From IMG/VR virus record IMGVR_UViG_3300020220_000067, positions 1 to 55,342 of that record: DNA of 55,342 bases, one strand, 5' to 3'. Positions within the stretch are counted from its first letter, which is position 1. Every line of letters begins with the position of its first letter. The position numbers were made by a program, and so were the translations under genes. The notes beneath the pieces are model-generated. The model was not told the origin of the DNA, ran no database searches, and worked only from the letters and a program-made list of their open reading frames with translations. Of this stretch, positions 1-8,207 are shown in pieces. This DNA comes from a virus. Taxonomy: Duplodnaviria > Caudoviricetes.

Positions 1-219
1 AACGCAAAAGACCCTGAAACAAAACAAAGGTTAAAAAGAGCGTATGATTATATTGAATCGGTGAAAGAAAAGTCAAAAGAGAAAACCATTAGGTTACAGA
101 AACAAGAACATAATGAAGTGGAACTAACAGAAAAGTGTTGGCCAGGTTATACTCAAAAAGGAATGAAAACAATGTTCGGAAAGAGATACCCTAATTGTGT
201 AAAGAAGACAAAGAAATGA
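1..219 (+). CDS. Partial hypothetical protein ending in a small basic Cys module (LTE-KCWPGYTQKGMKTMFGKRYPNCVKK)
   Basis: Frame 1 is open from the window start to TGA at 217-219; translated by hand. Confidence 0.7.
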   Translation, partial: NAKDPETKQRLKRAYDYIESVKEKSKEKTIRLQKQEHNEVELTEKCWPGYTQKGMKTMFGKRYPNCVKKTKK

Positions 220-590
220 ACCTACAAGAAAACATACAGAGAATTAGAGAAATGATGGGAATAGACGAAACTATGACTGATTATCGTTTAGGTGAAATAC
301 CTTACGATGAAGAATCATTTTTTGTAACTCCAGATTATAAAACTTGGATTAAATTCTACCCTGATGAATAAATTTATAAAATTACTACAAATAAATTATA
401 CTTACCATTACGTGGTAAATCATTTTCATCTTGGGATGAACTTAGAAGTAAATACAATTTAGGTGAATTTACAGATGATGATGTATCTTATATTAATCCA
501 GAAGAAAGTGGAATTCAAGGATTTGAACAATACGAAATAAAACCTGATGATATAATTAATTTGGAACAATTAAACATTTATATGAAATAA
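216..590 (+). pseudogene. Leader-bearing hypothetical protein (MNLQENIQRIREMM) interrupted by an in-frame TAA
   Basis: ATG 216 overlaps the upstream stop; TAA at 369-371; the same frame continues for 72 codons to TAA 588-590, abutting the next ATG at 592. Confidence 0.6.
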
Positions 591-591
591 G

Positions 592-897
592 ATGAACATA
601 CAAGAATCCATAAGAAGAGGATCATATGAAAATATACCACCTCAAGTTAAAAGGAGATTACCAGAATTTGATGAAACTTTTATTCATTATAGAAATTTCT
701 TTAAAAATTACTTTTATAGACAATTCGACCATTTTTGGGATTCATTAATGGAAAGGGTATTAGAATCATTATATCATGAATGGTTTGTTAATTCAGTATC
801 TGAGGACAAATGGGACGATTCAGAACAATTCATACAAGATTATTTAACAGAGAAGTATTACGAAGATACCAAAAAATGGTGGGAAAAAAATAAATAA
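592..897 (+). CDS. Hypothetical acidic/aromatic protein with MNIQESIRR leader
   Basis: ORF track; leader resembles that of ORF 216. Confidence 0.75.
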   Translation: MNIQESIRRGSYENIPPQVKRRLPEFDETFIHYRNFFKNYFYRQFDHFWDSLMERVLESLYHEWFVNSVSEDKWDDSEQFIQDYLTEKYYEDTKKWWEKNK

Positions 898-975
898 TAC
901 ACTTACAGAGTGCCATAATTTTATCTTTTTGAAATATATTTTTTTACTTAAGTTTTTTGTAGTATTTATTTGAAT

Positions 976-1551
976 ATGAAAAGTATTATTAGAAAAATTC
1001 TTATAGAGGGCTCAAAATTAAATATATTAAAAAAATACTTAATAAAAACTTGGAATGATCAAGTTAAATCAGGTAAAATTCCAATGTTGAATATTATAGA
1101 TTTACATAGAAAAAATTTATCCAATCATATTGACGAAATAATTAAATGTTATTTTGAATTTGTTGGTGGTGAAGAAGAAGCATTTAAATTATTTAAGAAA
1201 TATATTGATGGTAAAATTATAACTGATGTAGATATAAGAAATATGGGCCTTAAGGTTTTACCTGAAGACCAATATAAAATTAAAATAACAAGAATTTACA
1301 ATTTAGATTACAGGGGTAACAGAATATTAGGAAGTAATGAAGAATTAGAATTTGGTTTTGAATTACTTAGTGGACAATTTTTAACAAGTGAAGGTATATT
1401 GACTTTGGAAGAATTATATGATGAAAAATATGAACATTTATGGTTTGACGTTAGAGATTATTTAAGAACTGAACTAGAAGATTATGTTTGGAGTGTTTCT
1501 AAAAATTTTGGTCTTGAGTTTGATGCTTATACATCTTATTCGAGAGATTAA
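976..1551 (+). CDS. Hypothetical protein (MKSIIRKILIE leader)
   Basis: ORF track; ATG 976 follows TATTTAT at 963-969. Confidence 0.8.
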   Translation: MKSIIRKILIEGSKLNILKKYLIKTWNDQVKSGKIPMLNIIDLHRKNLSNHIDEIIKCYFEFVGGEEEAFKLFKKYIDGKIITDVDIRNMGLKVLPEDQYKIKITRIYNLDYRGNRILGSNEELEFGFELLSGQFLTSEGILTLEELYDEKYEHLWFDVRDYLRTELEDYVWSVSKNFGLEFDAYTSYSRD

Positions 1552-1557
1552 AAAATT

Positions 1558-1584
1558 AAAAAGTTGGATTTCTCCGACTTTTTT
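1558..1584 (+). terminator. Rho-independent terminator
   Basis: AAGTTGGA-TTTC-TCCGACTT stem followed by a T-run. Confidence 0.65.
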
Positions 1585-1694
1585 ATTGTGAATAGTTTAC
1601 TCGTTTATCCCTCAGGAGTTTAATTACGTTTTAAACCGCTACCTGATTTAACAGAATATACGATCAAATCAATTTTTTTTATATATTTATTATT

Positions 1695-2243
1695 ATGAAC
1701 AAATACAGATTTTATACTTTATTAGAATCCAAATTGGGTAATTCAAAACCCTTGATATTCGAAAATAAATTAAAAGATGAAAGGTATCTGAATAAAAAAC
1801 AACAACTATTGGATTATCTTTATACCATTGGTTTAGAATCAGACAAAGATACAAAGGAAGTTGATATCAACAAAGATGGTAAGATAGACACAGAGTTATT
1901 TACATTCAACAAAGGAAACGTTGTGATGTATTTGGGTATATGTAATTTCTCAAACGGGGATATACAATATCTTTGTCTGATCAAAACAAAACCAGATTAT
2001 TATATTGTATTAAAACCAACCTTTGTAGAGACATTAGAAGAAGTACAATCAAACATAGAGCCATATATAAAACAATCCTACGAAGATACAAAACTTGATT
2101 TTCTTGGTGTAGAAAATCAAACGGAATATATTCCAACTAAAGATGAATTAAATGATTTAATAAATCAGGCTTTAGACGATGAGAATTTCGAAGAAGCAAC
2201 AAGGCTTCAAAACAAGTACGGAAATTTATATAAGAGTATATGA
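1695..2243 (+). CDS. Hypothetical protein with LLES..GN.KPLI.E leader and C-terminal UVR-like motif
   Basis: MNKYRFYTLLESKLGNSKPLIFE; C-terminal LNDLINQALDDENFEEATRLQ resembles the UvrB/UvrC motif. Confidence 0.75.
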   Translation: MNKYRFYTLLESKLGNSKPLIFENKLKDERYLNKKQQLLDYLYTIGLESDKDTKEVDINKDGKIDTELFTFNKGNVVMYLGICNFSNGDIQYLCLIKTKPDYYIVLKPTFVETLEEVQSNIEPYIKQSYEDTKLDFLGVENQTEYIPTKDELNDLINQALDDENFEEATRLQNKYGNLYKSI

Positions 2244-2272
2244 TTAAATCATTCGGTTCATAGTCCTACACT

Positions 2273-2719
2273 CGTTTCACTTCGTTCGGAATTCACCTCA
2301 TAATTTTATCCTATACTCTTAACGAGAGTAAGAATTACCGTTATATATTAAACAAGAGTAATTTTTACCGTCATAATCAGACCATACGGTAAATAAGATA
2401 TATTCTACCGTTTACATATCTATTCACGGTAAGTGGTATATTTTACCACATATACTTTATAGAAATGTAAATTACTGTAACGTGTATTACAAAAAGGAAT
2501 ATGTATAAAAAACATAATACTTTATACATGATGAGGTTCTCATGTATAGATTGTATACATAACTTACCATTTAGTAAGTTCCCCCCATTTCATAAACAAG
2601 ACCCCCATTATTAAGTAGACAAATATGTAGACGATTAGTGATCAGAAGAGTATTGGTGGTTTAGAGATGGGGATCACAGATCTTCCACTTTTTACCACTC
2701 CGTTTCACTTCGTTCGGAA
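2273..2719 (+). repeat. 19-bp perfect direct repeat CGTTTCACTTCGTTCGGAA (2273-2291 and 2701-2719)
   Basis: Read directly from the sequence. Confidence 0.9.
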
Positions 2720-3083
2720 CTGTCGTTACCACCAAGTTAGAGTTGATCATTTAGTTATGTGATGAGGTTTCATATAGAGATAATACCTTCGGTAAATGTG
2801 TGAGATGAAGAAATAATACATATGTTTAGATGTCTATATAGTTGTCTTATATCAAGGGGTCAATTGTTAAAGGGGACACTAAAGTGTTAGTTGAAGTGTT
2901 ATTAAATGAGACATAATGTCCTATTCTAACGTCCTAAAGGACTGTACCCGCTATATGTACTATAACTATACTAAATTAGCTGGATTTTATTAGTAGTTAA
3001 AAAAGTGGTTCTGTAGGGGTCAACATAGGGGATTTTTTTACTCTCACTATAGCAACAGGACCAAATGTGGTGGTAAAAAGTGG
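2685..3083. repeat. 14-bp perfect inverted repeat CCACTTTTTACCAC (2685-2698) / GTGGTAAAAAGTGG (3070-3083)
   Basis: Read directly from the sequence. Confidence 0.85.
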
Positions 3084-3298
3084 GGAGAATACTATGGGGA
3101 AAAAGTGGGAATATGTGGTGAAGGGACTGTGTCGTGTGTAACGCAAACATGACATTTTGACAAAATCAAGAAAATTAACAATTATTTATTAACAAAATTC
3201 CCCCCTGTCATAGTGTCAGGTACAATAAGAGTTAAACAGTATACTATATTTTATATGTACTATTTATAAATTAAATTAGAATTAGTAAAATTTAAACC

Positions 3299-3715
3299 AT
3301 GAGAGAGATCATAGAAAGTTTCCACACAGATGTGGAGTACACCAACGAGACATATATTGTTAGATACAGTAACAACAAATACTTTGGGGACATAAGTTAT
3401 AAACCCATGTCAACAACAGGAATAAGAAAACCAATCAAACAAAAGTTCTATATACTTGTAGAAGCAAACATGAATGAAGTGGTTGAGTATATTAATACAC
3501 AAACAGAACTGAGTGGGGAAAGATTACAAGAGGTTAATAAGTTGATTCGTGATCACTCCCTTGAGATTCTAAATCAACATCTGTTATTACATGGTGGCGA
3601 AGAAACCGTGACAGACGTGAAGTGGACAAGTACTTTAGACATAGAACACTTAGATATAGAAGAGATAACAAGACCCCTTCAATTAGAATCAAATAAAGAA
3701 GAACCGAAATCATAG
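3299..3715 (+). CDS. Hypothetical protein
   Basis: 138-aa ORF; TATTTAT at 3261-3267. Confidence 0.65.
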   Translation: MREIIESFHTDVEYTNETYIVRYSNNKYFGDISYKPMSTTGIRKPIKQKFYILVEANMNEVVEYINTQTELSGERLQEVNKLIRDHSLEILNQHLLLHGGEETVTDVKWTSTLDIEHLDIEEITRPLQLESNKEEPKS

Positions 3716-3856
3716 TTCAATATAATTGTTTAACCAGGAAGATACCCTATGGTTGTTAGAAAAGAACAGTCGAACAAAGTAGTAGATCCAATACACAATG
3801 AAAGGAAAGGATAAACAAATGAGGGGAATAAAATAAATGGATAGGTCTTTAATCAT
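3710..3856 (-). CDS. Small membrane protein (48 aa)
   Basis: MIKDLSIYFIPLICLSFPFIVYWIYYF is hydrophobic; TACCTTTG host-type promoter at 3864-3871 (-). Confidence 0.5.
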   Translation of the reverse strand: MIKDLSIYFIPLICLSFPFIVYWIYYFVRLFFSNNHRVSSWLNNYIEL

Positions 3857-3924
3857 AATAGAACAAAGGTATATATAATAATTAACATTACCAAATTTTT
3901 TTTCATACATTGGGGACAGATCCT

Positions 3925-4007
3925 TTATAAAAAAATATAAAGCAGGTTGGAGTATACACTCCAAAGGGTGTTTCTCCCCCAGCCCGACTAAATGATCCCT
4001 TACTGTC
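3925..4007 (-). ncRNA. Candidate small structured RNA
   Basis: TATCTTTG promoter at 4012-4019 (-); no ATG downstream; TTGGAGT-GTAT-ACTCCAA hairpin then a T-rich tail. Confidence 0.3.
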
Positions 4008-4314
4008 AATACAAAGATACAAATTATATTTGAGACCATCGAAGAATAGGGTTAATTTCTTTTTGATCATTATAGGAAGTTATCAACATGACAAAATGAC
4101 CCCCTCACTACTATGGTACACCCCCCTACTAGGGGTATATTGGTTTTCTACCCCCTCCCCCCTCCGTATCCCCCCCATATATGACAGATTGACAGGGTCA
4201 AAAGGGGGGTCAATCCCTTATGTAACATATTCGTAAAAAATTTCTGGAAAAATTTTTCTAAAAAAATTGGATCCTATCTTCATTCGTATTATAGGGTGAA
4301 TTATATTTATCAAT

Positions 4315-4611
4315 ATGGAGAAAGGTTTGAGATGGTTTGCAAGGAGAGTAAGAGATTTAGAACTAATGGATCATCTTACAGAAATTGTAGATGAAGGTTT
4401 TGACTATGAGGACCCCTGTGATTACGTTGGGATGAAAGATCAATATATTGATGAAATAGCTCATGGGTCAACTATTACTTTCATAAATTCTTATAATGAG
4501 TTAGGTAATTTGAGTGACTCAGGTGTGTTTGCAATTTACAAATTTATTAGGTCAGAATTTCTTAACTCCATTTCAGAACATTATGATATGCATGTTGAGG
4601 ACTGTGATTAA
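4315..4611 (+). CDS. Acidic hypothetical protein (RR...DPC.Y...C family)
   Basis: ORF track; TATTTAT at 4304-4310. Confidence 0.75.
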   Translation: MEKGLRWFARRVRDLELMDHLTEIVDEGFDYEDPCDYVGMKDQYIDEIAHGSTITFINSYNELGNLSDSGVFAIYKFIRSEFLNSISEHYDMHVEDCD

Positions 4612-4668
4612 TCCTTCAATAAAGAAATTTTTTTATTTACAGTATATTTATTACTAAAGAATACTATT

Positions 4669-4944
4669 ATGAAAAGAATTATAAGATTAACCGAATCGAA
4701 CCTTATTAGTATTGTAAGAAAAGTTATTAATGAAACTAATAGAATTGATGAAACATCACTTATTAATAGACTTCAATATCGTAAAGAAATAAAACAAGCA
4801 AACGAGTTAGGTGGATGTTCTTGTGTTGTTAAAACAATTGTGAGTGGAATTGTTGTAAAACCATGTTCAGAACTTACACGAACTGAAGAAGATAATATTA
4901 TCTATTACACAAAAGATTGCGATACATGGGATGGAATGTATTAG
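4669..4944 (+). CDS. Leader-tagged hypothetical protein (class A leader)
   Basis: MKRIIRLTESNLISIVRKVINE; TATTTAT at 4645-4651. Confidence 0.8.
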   Translation: MKRIIRLTESNLISIVRKVINETNRIDETSLINRLQYRKEIKQANELGGCSCVVKTIVSGIVVKPCSELTRTEEDNIIYYTKDCDTWDGMY

Positions 4945-4971
4945 ATAAGATATTTATAATAAAAAAATATT

Positions 4972-5409
4972 ATGGACAAATATAGATTTAAACAATTACT
5001 GTAATCAACAATGGGAAATGTTAAACCGTTGATTATGGAAAACCCTACTGGTAGTACTCAAACAATCAGTAAGATGTTACAAGGAAAAAAATTTCGTGGT
5101 TTAACCAAAAGTGTAACAGGATTTGGTGATGTTTATTACGAACTTTGGGGACAGTCTAAAGGAAGATTATTTTATGTTAAATTTATTTTACTCCCCGATG
5201 GATTGGTTGAGACAACAGTTGGATCAGAGGACCCGACGTACTTTGACATGGTTGAGGCCGTGTATAATTCTTTAGACGGTTTTGAGAAAATTGGGTTTGA
5301 TAAAAGTGACACCGAAGCGGTAAAAGGTAAAATAAAGACAAAGTTTGACAAAGAACAGGTTGCTCAACTATTTCACGCATTGGAGAAATCATATAATAAA
5401 GTGTCCTAA
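4972..5409 (+). pseudogene. Class C leader protein with TAA at the conserved leader Glu (ORF resumes at ATG 5011)
   Basis: MDKYRFKQLL*STMGNVKPLIME versus MDKKRFNQLLESKVGNVKPLISE at 8697; TAA at 5002-5004. Confidence 0.7.
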
Positions 5410-5431
5410 CAACAATTCAAATAAAATAATT

Positions 5432-5506
5432 ATGAAAAAATATCTTTGTTTATTTGTAAAGAAGATTACATTCGGTAAGATTTGTCTCGGATGGTGTAAT
5501 CTTTAA
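5432..5506 (+). CDS. 24-aa cationic Cys-containing peptide MKKYLCLFVKKITFGKICLGWCNL
   Basis: A-rich leader before ATG; followed immediately by a terminator. Confidence 0.45.
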   Translation: MKKYLCLFVKKITFGKICLGWCNL

Positions 5507-5512
5507 TATACT

Positions 5513-5541
5513 AACCCCTTTTTCAACGGAAGGGGTTTTTT
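5513..5541 (+). terminator. Rho-independent terminator
   Basis: AACCCCTT...AAGGGGTT followed by a T-run. Confidence 0.8.
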
Positions 5542-5641
5542 ATTTCTATAAAACACGACCCCCATTTTAAATAAAACCCAAATACTCAAAAAAAAATTTT
5601 TGGAAAAATTTTCCATATTATAGATTAGTATATTTATTAAT

Positions 5642-6031
5642 ATGAAAAGAACAATAGAACTTACAGAATCTCAATTAACCAAGTTGATTCAAAACATTAT
5701 TAAAGAAAATTTATACGATAATGATTTATACTCACAGATCATGAGTACTCTAAGTAACTCGACATCTTCCAACGAAGAGAAAATTGATATGCTTAGAATT
5801 ATCATAGATGAAATGGAATCAGCAAATCAAATAAGACAAAATATGAGATCACGTTCTAGACGTAGAATGGATGAGACAAAAGATAATAACAAAGAATCCG
5901 ATCTTATTCAAATTTATAATTTATACAAGGAGGGAAAAATCAGTAAAAAACATTTCTACGACTTTTTAGAAATTACTGATAGAAAAGAACAAGATGAATT
6001 AAGGCGGTACATTGAAAATAAAAAGAACTAA
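5642..6031 (+). CDS. Leader-tagged hypothetical protein (class A)
   Basis: MKRTIELTESQLTKLIQNIIKE; TATTTAT at 5631-5637. Confidence 0.8.
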   Translation: MKRTIELTESQLTKLIQNIIKENLYDNDLYSQIMSTLSNSTSSNEEKIDMLRIIIDEMESANQIRQNMRSRSRRRMDETKDNNKESDLIQIYNLYKEGKISKKHFYDFLEITDRKEQDELRRYIENKKN

Positions 6032-6042
6032 TATAACCTGAC

Positions 6043-6070
6043 AACTCCTCCAACTAAAGAGGGGTTTTTT
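6043..6070 (+). terminator. Rho-independent terminator
   Basis: AACTCCTC...GAGGGGTT followed by a T-run. Confidence 0.75.
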
Positions 6071-6100
6071 ATTTAGAATGATTTTTTTTATTTTTCAATA

Positions 6101-6107
6101 TATTTAT
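6101..6107 (+). promoter_or_regulatory. TATTTAT motif (representative of more than 30 copies; putative phage late promoter)
   Basis: Sense-strand motif about 4-30 nt before ATG, e.g. 963, 1684, 4645, 4951, 5631, 7351, 8180, 8677, 9493, 10124, 12684, 14604, 15478, 17455, 22474, 24709, 28631, 38353; orientation follows minus-strand genes too. Confidence 0.75.
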
Positions 6108-6127
6108 TTAAAAAATAAAAAAAAATT

Positions 6128-6532
6128 ATGAAAAAAATTATAAGATTAACAGAAAACGATTTGGCTCGTATTGTTAGACGAGTTTTATCAGAAGCAGTTT
6201 CAGGATCTGGAACTTATGAAGACCCTTATTTGATGAAAGTTTTTCAATCAGAAATAGACAAAGAAGATAACACAAGAAGTCATAATATTAATGTTTATGA
6301 TCTCAGTGTAAAGGACGAAGACGTAGAATTCTTTTATTTTTTTGCAGGTAAAAACAAACTTGAAAGTGGATCGTTTCACTGTGACAGAAATTATGTCACG
6401 TTATTTAGTCAACAATATTTCTTGACTGATGAAGCGTCAGCTATATTTCAGAAAAAATGTGATGCTTACGCATCTACTGGATCTAAACAATCAAACATGA
6501 CCGAATCAAGAAGATACAAAAGAAGATTTTAA
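6128..6532 (+). CDS. Leader-tagged hypothetical protein (class A) with TE-SRRYKRRF tail
   Basis: MKKIIRLTENDLARIVRRVLSE. Confidence 0.85.
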   Translation: MKKIIRLTENDLARIVRRVLSEAVSGSGTYEDPYLMKVFQSEIDKEDNTRSHNINVYDLSVKDEDVEFFYFFAGKNKLESGSFHCDRNYVTLFSQQYFLTDEASAIFQKKCDAYASTGSKQSNMTESRRYKRRF

Positions 6533-6555
6533 AAAAAACTGAAGTATAATTAATG

Positions 6556-6582
6556 ACCCCATCTTTTAAGGTGGGGTTTTTT
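6556..6582 (+). terminator. Rho-independent terminator, identical to the one at 9457
   Basis: ACCCCATCTTTTAAGGTGGGGTTTTT. Confidence 0.85.
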
Positions 6583-6633
6583 ATTTGACAATTAGTTTTA
6601 TTGTTTTTAAATTTCTAAGAACAAAATATATTC

Positions 6634-7197
6634 ATGAAATACACTCTTAATGTTTATGGTTGGGAAGCCGAGTTTGTTTGTAAATCACTAACTCATGAGC
6701 AAACAAAAATCATCGATGATTTGAAACAAAAAGATGACTCAGATTACTCGCAAATCAGGTGGGATATTGATACCCACATTGAGGACTTTGATATGTATGA
6801 CGGGGATCTTTTACATATGAGCAAACCCTTAAATAACGGTACCGTTCATTTTGAGTTGTATAACGAAAATAATGAAATGGTTTTGGAATTTACAATTGAT
6901 GATATTTTATATCCCTCTGATGACAAGGAGTACTTAATTGAAACCTCATCTAAACATAATGTTTATTTCTCTGTTGATGAATCAAAAGGGGGCATTCATT
7001 CTTATGAGATTGATAGCGATTCTAAAATCTATCCTTTTGATTTTACTTGGTCTGAGGGATTAATTCTTCTTCCCTCAGGTGAGTTTTGGTCTTTTATTGA
7101 TACCTTTTATTTCAGAGGGGATGAAATGGAAGTATATGATCATTTGGATAACTACGGCAAGAGTTCTTCTTTGAGTATTTTTAAACATTCTATATAG
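6634..7197 (+). CDS. Acidic hypothetical protein
   Basis: 187-aa ORF. Confidence 0.75.
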   Translation: MKYTLNVYGWEAEFVCKSLTHEQTKIIDDLKQKDDSDYSQIRWDIDTHIEDFDMYDGDLLHMSKPLNNGTVHFELYNENNEMVLEFTIDDILYPSDDKEYLIETSSKHNVYFSVDESKGGIHSYEIDSDSKIYPFDFTWSEGLILLPSGEFWSFIDTFYFRGDEMEVYDHLDNYGKSSSLSIFKHSI

Positions 7198-7215
7198 TTT
7201 TCTTACTTTTGTTCT

Positions 7216-7282
7216 GGGGGCATAAACCGTTTGACCGACTTCGTCGGAATTTTCGACCGACCGAACCCTTCGGGTTTTTTTT
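7216..7282 (+). ncRNA. Candidate small RNA ending in a terminator hairpin
   Basis: TACTTTTG at 7204-7211; CCGAC-TTC-GTCGG and AACCC-TTC-GGGTT hairpins followed by a T-run. Confidence 0.3.
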
Positions 7283-7374
7283 GTTTTATTTAATATCTTA
7301 CTTAAGTTGTCATCTCAGATAAACGGGTCCACCTTTTTTTGTTTTTTTTATATTTATTTAAAAAATAATTTATT

Positions 7375-7707
7375 GTGAAAATTATTATTTCTGAAAATCA
7401 AAAATATGTTATTAGACGCATACAACAATTTATAGAAATTGTTGAAGATCAGATTGAAGGGTATGAACTAAACACAGACGATCCTTGGTGGTGTAGATCT
7501 TATGATCCAGATACTTTTTTGGAAAATGTCAGAGGTAGATCAATTGAAATATTTGTTGATAAAAATTGGGATTTTTTTAATGATAACACAACTAATGGAG
7601 GATCCAAAATAGATCTATCTCTTTTATATCAAATTTTTCACTCAGAATATGGAAATGAAATCAGAAATCTTTTTGTCCGTAAATGTAATCATCAACGTTA
7701 TTGGTAA
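7375..7707 (+). CDS. Leader-tagged hypothetical protein (class B)
   Basis: GTG start, MKIIISENQ...IRR; TATTTAT at 7351. Confidence 0.8.
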   Translation: MKIIISENQKYVIRRIQQFIEIVEDQIEGYELNTDDPWWCRSYDPDTFLENVRGRSIEIFVDKNWDFFNDNTTNGGSKIDLSLLYQIFHSEYGNEIRNLFVRKCNHQRYW

Positions 7708-7767
7708 AATTGATTTTCTTATTTAAACTAAATTGATTTGTTTTTTTATTTTTCTTATCATTATGAT

Positions 7768-7986
7768 ATGGAAAATGAAATAGAAGATTTGAAACATCGT
7801 ATCAGAATGATTGAGGATGACTTAAAAGTTATACAAGATTTTATTGAATCAAATAATTTAAAAAACTTTTTTTTAAAACCATCAAGTACTTCTGATACCT
7901 GTATCACTAATTTTAGTAACATTGAAATTGCTTGTGATCTAACGTCTGATGAATCACTATCTTGGAAACCATTCAATTTAAAATAA
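7768..7986 (+). CDS. Small hypothetical protein with N-terminal coiled coil
   Basis: Likely start ATG 7768 (MENEIEDLKHRI). Confidence 0.55.
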   Translation: MENEIEDLKHRIRMIEDDLKVIQDFIESNNLKNFFLKPSSTSDTCITNFSNIEIACDLTSDESLSWKPFNLK

Positions 7987-8144
7987 CTTTGAGAACACTC
8001 TCTATATATCTCTCTTTTTTTGTAACGATACTTCTTGTTATCTTATACGTTCCTCCATTTGTTTTGTATCTTTTAGGCTGTTTTCAACTTGGTTCTTGGA
8101 TCGTAGGTTATTTTTTTGATAAACTACACGAAGATGATGAATAA
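7962..8144 (+). CDS. Small membrane protein (start uncertain)
   Basis: Two hydrophobic stretches. Confidence 0.5.
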   Translation: METIQFKITLRTLSIYLSFFVTILLVILYVPPFVLYLLGCFQLGSWIVGYFFDKLHEDDE

Positions 8145-8207
8145 GTTTTTCTAAGTACGATTTTTTTTATTTTACAATATATTTATTAAAAAAAAATAAA
8201 AAAAATT

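Larger units (their letters stand above)
2244..3298. other. About 1 kb repeat-rich non-coding region (candidate origin or regulatory hub)
   Basis: No ORF of 60 aa or more; direct and inverted repeats, G-runs and TGACA-N3-TGACA boxes. Confidence 0.5.
3150..4194. repeat. TGACA-N3-TGAC(A/C) boxes at 3150-3162 (+), 3206-3218 (-), 4089-4101 (+) and 4182-4194 (+)
   Basis: Read directly from the sequence. Confidence 0.75.

Noticed and set aside
1596-1650. Weak hairpin CAGG..GTTTAA..TTAAAC..CCTG
   Set aside because: Short imperfect stem and no convincing promoter; not enough to call an RNA.
2273-2719. CRISPR or IS ends in the non-coding block
   Set aside because: Only two copies about 430 bp apart; no transposase or target-site duplication visible.
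3857-4039. N-terminal extension of the 3710 minus-strand ORF
   Set aside because: Runs through two promoter motifs; ATG 3856 is the more plausible start.
4030-4236. 68-aa Pro-rich ORF
   Set aside because: TTG start; prolines arise from the C-tracts, so a non-coding element is the better explanation.
216-5409. Genome-wide stop-codon reassignment suggested by two in-frame TAAs
   Set aside because: TAA is the dominant true stop throughout, TAG and TGA also end genes, and coding density is already high under the standard code.
7216-7240. tmRNA-like 5' end (GGGGGC...TTTGAC)
   Set aside because: No tag ORF or T-arm/CCA 3' end follows; it terminates within about 65 nt.
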